A stretch of DNA of 64,000 nt from Octopus bimaculoides (Eukaryota): assembly GCF_001194135.2 (NCBI RefSeq), contig NC_068982.1, positions 46,660,320 through 46,724,319 on the forward strand. Reading direction: 5' to 3'. The notes beneath the pieces are model-generated. The model made no database searches. It had not been told where the DNA came from and saw only the letters and a program-made list of their open reading frames with translations. Position numbers and translations under genes: made by a program. This document shows positions 48,753 to 61,702 of the stretch, piece after piece; the stretch's first letter is position 1, and each line of letters opens with the position of its first letter.

Positions 48753-51700
48753 GATGGATGGACCAAACTGCCTTTTCCTGCTGTGACCTCGGTGTATTCT
48801 CTAAGCATAATCTCAGAGCTCTTGTACCACCTCTACTCAAACACTCCTCAGCCACTGGCCACAACAAATTAGAAGCCATACAATAAATTGCTTTCAATAT
48901 AGTCAAGCACCCTATCCATAAAGATACAGACTGTGTACACCTCTACTCAAGCACCATAAAACCAGAACTAAGCGCTGATGTTCAAAGCCCTTCAAATCTT
49001 AAAGAACATCTGAAAGAATGACCAAATAAATAATTCCTGACTGCATCCTGGTCTGAGTCACATTCATACAAAATAACTATGATGATATGCAAGAAGATAT
49101 AACAGAAGTATGATAATCATTCGGTCAATTAAGCTTAAATCCGAAGTATCAGCTCATATGCATGTTTTCTACAAGTGGTCACATGACCTGGTCATGTGAT
49201 GGCCGTGTCTTTCTGGCTTTATGCAGGCTATTCAACTCCATCACATGACAGACTAGTCTAACATGGGCAAATTAGGTTTGTTATTGGAGCCCTCCATCAG
49301 CTTTAAAAAGAGGAATCTTTCCTGTTTTTCTCCAGTGAAATCAGAAAGTATGACTGAGTTTGGATCTTGGTATGGGGAGAGGAGAGTTATTCAGCAGAGA
49401 ACTTTGACACACTGTTGTGTTCCATCCAGCACACATCGTCAAATACCAACTGCACGAGAAACCAATATGTATGTTTTCTGACTGTATCATTCATGATGTA
49501 CCAACCTTTTGCTGTACCTTCCATTAAGCATTTGAATAAAGTGTGGCTGTCAATTACAACTCTTGTCCTAGTATTTCTTTTCACTGTTAAACCTGACTCA
49601 TTTGGAACCAAGAAATTATGTTACTAGGGCCAGAGTTATGCTACTTCAACACCTAAAAAGTCATAACCTTGAAGTTTAAAGTTTCAATTTGGAGCCACAT
49701 GGCTCCATATTTGGATTCGATCCCACCATGTAATACTTTACTTAGGCTAGTGTTTACAACTGTAGGCTTGAGTAGATTGATGGCTTACGAGTAAAATTTA
49801 GTAGACAGTAGGTGTACCATCATCACCATCATCACCATTTAACATCCTCCTTCCATGCTGGCATGGGTTGGACAGTCTGACAGGAGCTGGCCAGGCATGA
49901 GATTGCGCCATGCTTCTGTGTCTGTTTTAGCATGGTTTTTATGGTTGGATGCCCTTCCTATCACCAACCACTCTGTAGAGTGGACTGAATGCTTTTTATG
50001 AGGCACTCACACTGGCAAGGTCAGTTTTGGCAAGGTTTTTACAGCTGGACACCTTTCCAAACACCAGCCACTTTACAGTGTGGACTCGGTGCTTTTAAGT
50101 GGCACCTGCACTGGCAGTGTCATCAAGTAACTTTGCAAGACAAGGAATCTTTGGGAGGGGAGGCGGCATCGGAGTAGGTGATCTTGTGTCAGATAACAAA
50201 ATATTAGAGTGTGACAGAGAGAGAGAAACAGACACCTTGCTGTAGAGAAGGCACATGGTTACCCAACCAGAGAGAAGAGAGAGGGGGAGAGAGAGAAGAA
50301 GAGAGAGAGGAAGAGAGAGGGAGGAAGAGAGAGGGAGGAAGAGAGAGATGAAGAGAAGGAGGGAGAAAGAGAGAGGAAGAGGAGAGGGAAAAATGTGAAT
50401 AGATAATACATCCATACATGTGCATGTATATATCTATATATGTGCGAAGCCACATAGTTTAGTGGTTAGAGTATTCAAACCACAATCACAAGGTCATGAG
50501 TTCAATTCCTGATGACAGATTGTGTCCTTGAACAAGACACTTTATTTCACGTTGCTCCAGTCCACTCAGCTGGCAAAAATGAGTCATACCTGTATTTCAA
50601 AGGGCTAGCCTTGTCACACTTTATGTCACACTGAATCTCCCTGAGAACTACATTAAGGGTATGTGTGTCCATGGAGTGCTCTGTCACTTGGATGTTAATT
50701 TCATGAGCAGGCTGATCTGTTGATCGGATCAACTGGAACCCTTATTATCATAACCGACAGAATGCCAGTTTAATATATATATAGGTATACAAGCATAACT
50801 GTGAGGTAAGAAGCTTGCTTCCCAACCACTTTGTTTTGGGTTCAATCCCACGATGTAGCATCATGGGTGAGTGTCATCTACAATAGCTCTGGGCTAACCA
50901 AAGCCTTATCATTGGATTTAGCAGATGGAAACTGAAAGAAGCTCACTGTGTATATGTAATCTATATAACAGGTATATAAACAGGGAAAATTTAAGTATTT
51001 CTCTGTAGATTGAAAAAAAAAAATGATGAATAGACTTCATTAATTTTCGAACATTATTGGGTTCTTATCAGAGGTATCTGCAACATCATCATTATCATCA
51101 TCATGAACGTCTGCTTTCCATGCTGGCATGGGTTGGATAGTTTGACAGGAGCTAGCCAAGCAGAAGACTACACCAAACTTCTGTGTCTGTTTTGGCCTGG
51201 CTTTCACGACTGAATGCCCTTTCCAACACCAACCACCTCACAGAGTGGAGTGAGTGCTTTTTATGCAGCACTAGCACAGGCGAGGTCAGTTTTTGGCATG
51301 GTTTTTACAGCTGGATGCCCTTCCAAATACCAACTACTTCACAGTGAGGACTGGATGCTTTTTACTAAATCTCAGAGAAACAAGCAGCCAATCTGTTTAT
51401 ATACTCAACAAATCCAGTAGCAATAGAGAATTGTACCAAGCTCCATTGTGTTAATATTTGTTCTACATTAAGGTGGCAAGCTGGTAGAAATGTTAGCATG
51501 TTAGGTGAAATGCTTAGTGGTATTTCGTCTGTCTTTACGTTCTAAGTTCAAATTCCGCTGAGGTTGACTTTGCCTTTCATCCTTTCGGGGTCAATAAATT
51601 AAGTATCAGCTGTGTACTGGGGTCGATCTAATCAATTGGCACACCTCCCCAAAAATTGGACACCTCCCCGAAAATTGAACCTTGTGCCTAGTGTAGAAAA

Positions 51701-52217
51701 GAATATTTGTTCTACATTATTACTAGACAGCTTGTTTATGTCCTTATAACTTAACAGTTCACCAAAAAAAAAAAAAAAAAAAAAAAAGAAAAAAAGAGAG
51801 ATCCATTAAAATACATGCCAAGCTTAAAAATAAGTATTGGGGTCAATTTGTTCAATGAAAACCTTTCACGGCAGTGCTCCAGCCTGACCACAGTCCAATG
51901 ACTGAAACGAATAAAAGATAAAAGACAAACCAACCCAACACAACTGGACACTTCCGGAATTAAACATACAATATATGAATCATTGCAGTTTTCTCTCTCT
52001 TTCCGTCCGTCCGTCCGTCCGTCCGTCCGTCTGTCCATCCGTCCATCCGTCCATCCGTCCATCCGTCCATCCGTCCATCCGTCCATCCATCCATCCATCC
52101 ATCTGCTTTTATCAAATGTATTATAGGTCCAAAGACACTGCAAATAAAGTATCAAAACAAAAGTTTTACTTTCAACTGATATTTCAGAAAAATAAATAAA
52201 GACATTTTGCGGTGTAC

Positions 52218-52443
52218 CTCAATTATTAATGGCTTGAGTTTTTTGTCAAGCATGACATCGATTCCAAGTATTTCAAAGCAGGCACTTGTTTTGGTGTGAT
52301 TCTGAAAGCATGTCCGATAGTTATGTCGTAGTACAGCGTGTGCTGATATAATTGTTTTAATGATAACATCGTCGATATCTCGCCAGAGTTTGTCAACATC
52401 ATAACCATGGTCCCTCATGTATTTATTCACTGTGCTGATACGT
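52218..52443 (-). CDS. TTLL6: Tubulin polyglutamylase TTLL6/TTLL13-like, internal catalytic-domain exon
   Basis: Translates (R)[75 protein letters not shown], matching the TTLL6/13 segment IWRDIEDVIIKTLISAH...ACFEILGFD..LD.KLKP. Acceptor cctaacag|A, donor GAG|gtacac; 226 nt, phase 2 to phase 0. Confidence 0.95.
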
Positions 52444-53015
52444 CTGTTAGGAATATGTAAAAGTAGAAAAAGAATTTAGCAAGAAAAATATTTTAAATAA
52501 AGAATTTGTTTTTTTGAATTAATTTTCTTTTTTTTTTTTAAATTTGAGGGGGAAATGGCTAATAAGACAGAATGAAAAGACTACGAGACAAATAATGAGA
52601 AATGGATTTCAGGATGTATAGGATAAAGGGGAAAACCCCCTTTGATCATGAATAATCATGGGATTGTACCTAGAAAGTTCCCCTCTGAGGCACAAGTCTG
52701 GGCAAGGTTGTTTATGGAAGAGCAGCAGTTGCCCATGCATACCAGCTTCCTCTCTCTGCACCACTGATGTTATCCAAGGGAAAGGCAAAGGCTGATACAA
52801 CTCAGCATCAGTGACATTTTAACTCATTTCTACAGCTGAGCGGACTGGAGCAATGTGAAATAAAGTGTCTTGCTCAAGAACACAACACATAGCCCGATCC
52901 GAGAACCACCCAATGTTCAACTGCTGCTATATAGTGCTAGGAAGCTCTTGACAGATCAAATTTACAACAGAGGTTCAATCCATGGTTTATTAATTATTCC
53001 TTATATACCAGGCAT

Positions 53016-53399
53016 GGAGGCGCAATGGCCCAGTGGTTGGGGCAGCGGACTCGTGGTCGTAGGATTGCGGTTTTGATTCCCAGACCGGGCGTTGTGAGTG
53101 TTTACTGAGCGAAAACACCTAAAGCTCCATGAGGCTCCAGCAGGGGGGTTGTGGCGAATCCTGCTGTACTCTTTTACCACAACTTTCTTTCATTCTTTCT
53201 TCCTGTTGTACCTGTATTTCAAAGGGCCAGCCTTGTCACACTCTTTGTCACGCTGAATCTCCCTGAGAACTACGATAAGGGTACACGTGTCTGTGGAGTG
53301 CTCAGCCACTTGCACGTTAATTTCACAAGCAGGCTGTTCCGTTGATCGGATCAACTGGAACCCTCATCGTTGTAACTGACGGAGTGCCAACAACCTTAA
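53016..53399 (+). mobile_element. Young family C SINE, full length
   Basis: ggaggcgcaatggcccagtgg head, CpGs mostly intact, 12-bp TSD atataccaggca (53003-53014, 53400-53411). Truncated or older copies at 5632-5810 and 50440-50770. Confidence 0.9.
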
Positions 53400-53692
53400 A
53401 TATACCAGGCACAGCTATGGCAGTGTGGTTAAGAAGTTTGCTTCCCAGTCACATGGTTTTGGGTTCAGTCTCACTAGATTGCACCTTGGGCAAGTGTTTT
53501 CCAATAAAGCCCAGGGCCAACCAAAACCTTGTGAATAGATTTGGTAGATATAAACTGAAGGAAGCTCATCATGTGTATGTGGGTATGTATGCATGTGTGA
53601 GTATATTTATTTTTGTGCCTCTGTTTTTGACATCTACTGTCATAAATGAATGTCATTCATTTCCAATAAAGCATAGAAAAATGGACATTTAG

Positions 53693-53907
53693 CCCTTTAG
53701 GAGTCACATTATAATAATGCCTTTTTTTATTCACATTGTTTTCAATTAATCAGGCATTGTATTGTAGCCATGAGATTTTGATGAGGGAACATTTTAATTT
53801 TTAGAATGATATTGTAGGGTTGATGTGTGAAGCCAGATCTAGCCAGTTTGAATGTAAAACATGGCAGAATATTTTGGTCAGATACGGCTGATTTAAATGC
53901 TAAAGGG
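53693..53907. mobile_element. piggyBac-type MITE, decayed
   Basis: cccttta... left end and tttaaatgctaaaggg right end; TTAA sites not preserved. Confidence 0.7.
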
Positions 53908-56900
53908 GGAAAATGCTGCTGCAGATGATGACAATGATGATGACACACCATATACTTGTGATTTTCCCTTGTAGTTGATAGTTAATAATTCCACATGTGA
54001 GACTGTGTTGCAGTAGTAGACAATATCCATAGAGATGCCAGCCAACCAATAGGCATGAAATTACTCAGCAACACACACTTTCTGACTTATGGGTGTGATG
54101 TTTCTTCTCTCTGCTTTTTCTTCTATTACTACAACACTGGCTTCCACAAGTGCAAGCCTACAACTCTTGTGCAATCTCAAAGTTACTTGTGATGATCCTG
54201 AAATAGACTTGTGGTTGAATACTAGTAGGTCAAACCAGTAGGTGTGACCTCAAATTTGTGAGAGAGGCCTGTGTGCTGTGAAGTAGTTGAAAGGAAGGCC
54301 CCGAAATAGTGTGTATTCTCTCTTGATGACCCCTGAAACATTCTGGCATTTGGTATGTGGAGTTTTTGACCAACTGCACTTGAACTGGCAGGCTGTTACC
54401 AGGTTTCTAAATATACAAGGAACTAATTTGTGGTCAGTTTTAAAGTTTCAGTTAGTCAGGCCCCCAAACAAAGTGAGGTGGTGTCAAATAATGTTTACAG
54501 TGTCAGAAGTCTTCTATGATTGCATTGAGTTTATGTTTCATTAGAATTTAATTCTGGATCTTTTGTAGATTGCAAGGTAAAGAGAAAAAAAGAAAATTTC
54601 ACATTCTCATTGTCTGTGTATCATCTCCAAACTGTTTGAAACAACATTTTTTATTAGGCAACATGCAATGTTTATTCAACCAACATATAATTCTGAATTG
54701 AAATCTTACATAATTATAATATTTGCATGATTTTAATATGTATTTACCAAACTGAGCCTAGGCAGTGGCGCACATCATGGAAAGCTCTAGTAAACCATTT
54801 TTCTTAAGTGTCTTACAGTATTCAAATACAAATGAAAGCTTGTAAAAGAAATTTCTAAATCATTTTCTTTCTTTTGCAACTGGGGTAGTCATGTATCTCT
54901 TCTACAGCAAGACACCTATTTCTGTCCCTCTAACATATTTTAACTTCTCCTCACCTGGCACAAAGCCACTTCCATCAATCTCGCTCCCATCCTCAGATGA
55001 AGGGGTTTGTCTTGCATGTTACTTGGTGACCTCACTGGTGCTGCTGCCTTGTATGTCTTTAGTTCTGATTTAATGTGGCACCAATGGCACACTAGGACGC
55101 ATCAGTTTCACTCAGAAAAGGAGACATTGCATCAACTATATACCCTGCCAACTTCTCTAACTTACTATTAAGTAGTTAGATCAGGCTTAGGTAACTTTTC
55201 CAAGAAGCAGGTCACATAAGATATGGTTCATTATCAAGCAGGCTACATTACTAAAAAACAATTCATGGTAATATTTTCATTGGGTGTGCCATTCAAAAAA
55301 TTCTGCAGGTCTCAGTTTGCCTGTGACTGCTTTATATGCTTCTTTTATGCTGGAATGCTAAAAAAATCCTGATACTGAGTGAGATGGAGAAGGAAGATTA
55401 GTAAAAACAATCAGTTGGTTAAATGGTAGAAATCTCATAGAAACAACTCAATTCAATGTTTGATAACAAATCATGAAGTAAAATAGAAAAGAAAAAAAAT
55501 TCATGTGATGGGTCAAAATTTCTAGGAACAATTTCAGCCTCATTTACATAATCAAAAATGTTGCTTATAATATTGTAGTCTCTCTTGTGATAATTAGCCT
55601 GCAATACTTATCTTGTGAAGGCATATAGCTCAGTGATTAGAGCATCAGGCTCACAATCAGGAGATAGTGAGCTCGATTCCTGGACCAGGCTGTGTGTTGT
55701 GTTCTTGAGCAAAACACTTTATTTTCATGCTACTCCAGTTCATTCACCTGTAGGAATGAGTTGTGAAGTCACTGGAGCCAAGCTATATCAGCCTTTGCCT
55801 TTCCCTTGGATAACATCGGTGGCATGGAGAGGAGAGGCTAGTATGCATGGGCGAATGCTGGTCTTTCATAAAAACAACCTTGAGCGAACTTGTTCCTCAG
55901 AGGCTAACTTTCTAGGTGCTATCCCATGGTCATTCATGACCAGAGGTGGCCTTTACCCTTTACACTTGCCCTTTAATTATCCTGTGATGAATTATATACT
56001 CCTTTTGGTAAATACCATCTGGTGATAACTTATTCCACTCATTTTGCTTCACACCATTTTGTGATAACTTATCCACTCTCACCAGGGCTTTCTGTTTTGC
56101 AGGAGTAATTAAGATGTACCACTATATCTTTTACTTGTTTCATTCATTGGACTGCAGCCATGCTTGAAGGGTTTAATTGAACAAATTGACACCAGAACTT
56201 ATCTTTTCAAAGTCTGACATATATTCCATGAGGCATTTTTTGATGAGCCGCTAAGTCATGGGGATGCAAACAAACCAATACTTGAAGTCAAGCACAAACA
56301 AAGAGACTCACATGCACACACATACATATATATGACAGGCTTCCACACAGTTTCGGTCAATAAAATTCATTCACAAGGCATTGGTCTTTCAGGTACAGTG
56401 GTATTGAACCCAAAACCACATAGTAGCAAAGTAAGCTTCTTAACCTCACAGCCATGTTTACACCAATACTTCGTAAAATGGTATAATTTGTCATCTTCTT
56501 TTGATGAAGACAGACAAGAGATCTGAAGATGCCAAATATCTATTGAATGTAAGCATCAATTCCATACACCAGTCTAAGAAAATCATTTGATAAAAGCATC
56601 AGAGACATTCAAACATCTAAATTTAAAATTCAAATTGCTATTGGAATCAATTCATCACTCAGAACAAGTATTTCTAAATGTGAGTAATAAATATAGCCAA
56701 TTATGGCTTGTATTTTCTACGTCCTGAATTTAGCTCTAAATTGGTTGTTTAATCATTTTGTTGACTCTCCTTCTATTGTTAGTATTTTGATTTATTTCGT
56801 TAGATCATGACAATATGGTGAAGTTGTGTCAGTCTCCAAGCAGTGGATGAATGACAAAATCTTGTGATACTATGCAGTATCCAATACTGTCACAGAAACA

Positions 56901-57377
56901 AACAAATGTTAGGCTATCACCATATCTTTTATCATTGCTCTCCTACTTGTCACAGTCACTGAGGCACCAACTTGGAGGATTTAGTTAAACAAATCAATGC
57001 TAGTACTGTCTTTTTTTTAAAAAAATGTTGGTACTTATTCTATCAGTCATTTTTACTGAACTGCTAAGTTCTGGGAACATAAACAAACTAACACTAGTTG
57101 TCAAGTGGTAGTGAGGGACAAACACAAATGCAAAGACACACAAAGACACACACACACACACATATATATATATACATACATACGTACATACACACACACA
57201 CACACACACACATATCAGCTTCTCTTTATCATATTCACTACTCACAAGACATTGGTGGGCCTGAGGTTATAGCAGAAGAAACTTGGCCAAAATGCTGGGC
57301 TGTAGGACTGAACCTGAAACCACAGATTTTCAATGCAAGCTTCTTAACCACACAGCTATATCTGGACNNNNNNNNNN

Positions 57378-57570
57378 CTTTGGGTAAAAAAAAATACAGG
57401 AGGATCAGTTGATTATGATTTTATTCAACATATTGCCCTCTCAGTTCCACACACTTATTGCAGTGGTCTTTCAGTTTTTCTAAGCCCTGTAAAAGAACTC
57501 AGAATGTTGGGCCTCCAACCACGCCATTAGCAATACCCCATACAGCCAGGAACTTTTCAGCACCCCCTAG
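57378..57570 (-). mobile_element. Mariner MITE, third copy (left end in gap)
   Basis: Same body; right TIR agccaggaacttttcagcaccccctag|TA. Confidence 0.8.
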
Positions 57571-58017
57571 TAGCTTGACAACTGGTGTTGGTTTGTTCAT
57601 GTCCCTGCAACTTAGTGGTTCAGTGAAAGAGAGCAACACAATAAGTAGCAGACTTAGAAATAAGTACTGAAGTCAATCTGTTTAAACTAAAACCCACCGA
57701 AGTGGTTGGTGCCCCAGCATGGCCACAATCCAGTGACTGGAACTAGGAAACGATAAAAGAATAGTCAGGGAAAGGCACACAAAACATTATTGGTATTTCA
57801 ATAATGCTAATAGAATATATTTAACAGAGCCAATGACAGAACATAAGAGCAATATGTGGAACCACCATCCCTAACTTACAAGTTGTCTTAGCTTACAGCA
57901 ATTGAAGAGGCTTTGCAAATAAATTTGGGTCACAAAAGTAGGTTTAGAAAATGAATACGCTTCTTCTAGCCTCAGAACATTTGTAATAGATGGAACAATT
58001 TTTTTGTTGCAAATCTG

Positions 58018-58019
<2 letters not shown>

Positions 58020-58115
<96 letters not shown>

Positions 58116-58155
58116 TGTGTGTCTGTGTGTGTGTGTGTCTGTGTGTGTGTGTATG
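58020..58155. repeat. (GT)n microsatellite
   Basis: About 130 bp, nearly pure GT. Many shorter (TA)n, (CA)n, (TATG)n, (GGAT)n and (CCGT)n tracts occur throughout the window. Confidence 0.98.
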
Positions 58156-59548
58156 TGTTTGTATATCCATGAGAGATATATATTAATAAAACACATTTTT
58201 ATTCTGATTGTATCTGTTTAATTGGCTACTGTTTATTGTTTTCATTAACTCATATTCAGTTATTATTGATATTGATTTATCATTTCTCTTTTGATTGATT
58301 TGATTTTGTTTTTCTTTTTCTGTCTTGGTTTTTTTTTTGATTTTTTTTTTACTCCAGTTCGGAATGCAATTTACATTTGTTGTATGTATGTCTATGCAAT
58401 GGTACACAGTAATGATAAAATTGAACTGCATTGAATTTTAAGTATATTTTGGCACTAAAACCAACTCAGTCGAATCAGACTACCTTGTTAACTGAAATCA
58501 TTTTATGACTTCAGGTGAACCGAGCCCACACAACACAGCATGTTGAGTTAATGCATTGAATATATTGACTAACGGAAAAAAAAAATTAAACTTAGTGTTA
58601 TTGATTCAATTAAAGGAAGAATTTCAATGATGCAGCAAATTATATTTTGGTAAATGTGTAACAATGGCATACTAATAATGTAACATTTTCCTATAGGAAG
58701 ACATTCAAATTCAGCAATGGAATGAAGAGAAAGACAAATAAAACTCATTTAGGTCTGAGAAAATTGGTAACAAGAACTCACCAATTTTCTAGTAATTGTT
58801 GCACTTTATTCTAGCAAAATGAAATATATTCCATTTCAAATATAATCATTGTAAAGTTTACACAAATTTTCTCAAAAAAAAAAAAAAGAAAAAGGGGTCA
58901 TTTATACATAATGTTTGGCTCAATATTTCAATTTACTGCAGTCAACAAATGTTGAAAAATATAGAAATTAGGTAGAATAAGACATTAGCATGAAATAACC
59001 TCATTACCATCTCTATTAAAATTGAAACTTTATGACATAATAAATCAGCAATTTCTTTTGTTCATAATACATGGAAAGTTTTCAAATGCTGCTGCCAGAG
59101 TTGTTCTTTGAAATATATCAACATACACCACAAGAATTCATCCATATACACTCTAAAAATCTTTAAATAGGCATGAATAGAGACCTTGAGCACATCATTC
59201 AAGGGAGACATGAGGGCCTCATTTCATTAAACAGTATCAGTTAGAACAAGCAGGCATGTCTCTCTTCACTTACATGCTACCATGTTGTATAAAAAGGAAG
59301 GATAATTTAGATAATGTAGTCCTAGATATTCTTAAAAAGACCAAGTGTTAAAGCTGCCTGGAATGGCTTTCATCTGTGGTCAACAGGATCAAAGCTGACA
59401 TAAGGTTAAATAACATCAATAAACAGCATCTGAACAAAAAATCACTAATAACTATAAGAAATGACCTACAGTATTATACCACACATTTGCAAATCTGACC
59501 GAGATCAACTTGGCTTTTCATCTTTTTGGGGACGGTACTGGAACTGGC

Positions 59549-60041
59549 GGAATTCTGCTTTCCACACAGCATATAACCCCTCATAACATTTTTTTTCATT
59601 TTTTGGAATTTTCAGAAAAATTTTGTGAATTTGTTTTCTCCACACAGGAATTCACAAGACTATGAAAATAAAATTTTAAAAATTTGTTGAAATTGAAAGA
59701 AAATTTTTTTTAAAATCCCAGTTTAAAATATGAACAGTGCAAATTTTTGGCTTAAATCCCAGCAATAGTCCATTAAATGTGTTTATGGGGAGAAAGATAT
59801 TGAAAAGCATCAAATACATCAGACTGACAAACAAATGAAGAAGGTATAAGATAGTCATGAGATGTGCTAAAAATAACAGCCAAATAGCCCTTAAGTCATG
59901 CAGCAAAATTCTTTTTTATTTTGGTTTTGCATAATCATATGAACTCCCATGTGTAGAATTCTAATTCGCGAAAATTTTCTGAAAATATCAAAAAGTAGAA
60001 AAGTTACAAGGAGTTATATGCTGCACATAAAGTAGAATTCC
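59549..60041. mobile_element. Long-TIR non-autonomous element, Mutator (MULE)-like
   Basis: ~140-bp imperfect inverted arms (59549-59689, 59901-60041) starting GGAATTC. Flanking direct repeat tactgGaactg / tactgCaactg (10-11 bp, 1 mismatch). Splits a family B SINE. Confidence 0.72.
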
Positions 60042-61104
60042 ATACTGCAACTGATGTAATTGACTAGCCTCCTACCCCAAGATTTCAGACCTTGTACCTA
60101 TATCAGAAAGGGTTTAAGGCAGTGAGCTGGCAGAATCATTAGCATGCCAGACAAAATGCTTAGTGGCATTTCATTTATCTTTGTTCTGAGTTCAACTTTC
60201 ACCAATGTCAACTTTACCATTCATCATTTTTTGAGGTTGATAAAATAAATACCAGTTGAACACTGGGGTCAATATATTCAACTAGCCCCCTCCTAACAAA
60301 ATTCAAGCCTTTGTGCTTATAGTAGAAGGAATTATTTTATCACATTCTCACTAAAAAATAGAATTTCTAAGCCTTGTTTTCTCTAATGACAGTGTAATAG
60401 TGATCAGATCAGACATAAATCAAAGTTGCATTACAATGACATAATGTTATTACTGGAAAACTGTTGAGATTGTAACCAATTTTATGAAACTGAAATAAAT
60501 GTATTTGTCTTTCTTTTGTATCCAATGCAGAATTTGAAAGACTTCCTACAGAAAACTGTTCAATTGATTCAAGAGTGGAGGTGCGTGGCTTAGTGGTTAG
60601 GGTGCTGGACTCATGACCGTAAGATTATGGTTTCAATTCCTGGACTGGGTGATGTGTTGTATTCTTGAGCAAAACACTTCCTTTGATGTTGCTCCAGTCC
60701 ACTCAGTTGACAAAAAATGAGTAATCCTGTGATGGATCAGTGTTCTGTCCAAGTGGAGAATATATATACACAATGAAACCAGGAAACTGGCCCTTGTGAG
60801 TCGGCATGACTCGAGAATATAACTTTACCGTTTATTTTAATTAATTCAAGGATGCCATCAACATAAAAAAAAAGTTAAGTTAGTATAAACATATTTGATG
60901 CTCATAGCATTAAAATGCTAACTAGAAATTATTATTCAGTGAGGAAAATATATTAGCTACTCACTAATATTTTAATTAATTTGGTAAATATTGGAGATAA
61001 ATACAATCTTCTTTCAGTCTTATTGTAAACTCATCAGCAAACAATAGATTCTACTGTACGTGATGATGTAGTTAATCATGGGAGAATCATCATCATCATC
61101 ATCG

Positions 61105-61645
61105 TTTAACTGGATTTAAGAGGCATCAGATGTTGTTTGCAAGAGAGAAGATTGCATTGGTTTGGTCATGTGATGCATATGGATGAGGACAGCTGTGTAA
61201 AGATGTGCCGAGCTCTAATTGTGGAGGGAACCTGTGGAAGGGGCAGATCCAGGAAGACGTGGGACAAAGTGATGAGAAAGGATCTTCAGATACTGGGCCA
61301 CACTTAGGAAATGACAAGGGACTGGGAGATGTGGTGATTTACTGTAAGTGAGAAGACGCAGCAAGCCAAGTAAAATTGCTGTCATCCATACATACAGGCT
61401 TGTCCTTTACAAGTGTTGGTGCCATGTAAAATATACTCATGCTACATGAACACACCCATGCTGGTGGCATGTATAAAGCACCCAGCATACTCTGTAAAGT
61501 GGTTGGCAACAGGAAGAGCATCCAGCAATAGAAACCATGCTACAAGAAACAACTGAAGTCTGGCCAGCTCCTGTCAAACCATCCAATTCATGCCAGCATG
61601 GAAAATGGACATTAAACGATGATGATGAAGATGATGGTGATGATA
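61105..61645 (+). mobile_element. RTE LINE 3' end with UTR and (GAT)n tail
   Basis: LRGIRCCLQERRLHWFGHVMHMDEDSCVKMCRALIVEGTCGRGRSRKTWDKVMRKDL, then the same UTR as the short GAT-tailed repeats. Confidence 0.88.
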
Positions 61646-61648
61646 AAT

Positions 61649-61702
<54 letters not shown>

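Noticed and set aside
48374-48906. His-, Asp-, Met- and Ser-rich ORFs
   Set aside because: Frames of a (GAT)n array grown from a retroelement tail.
55419-55604. Minus-strand ORF with an acceptor-like start
   Set aside because: Does not encode the expected HLTNY.INK...GSKR segment and has no convincing donor.
56470-56500. MTNY-like match to the TTLL HLTNY motif
   Set aside because: Surrounding residues (KKMTNYTILRSIG) do not match and there are no suitable splice sites.
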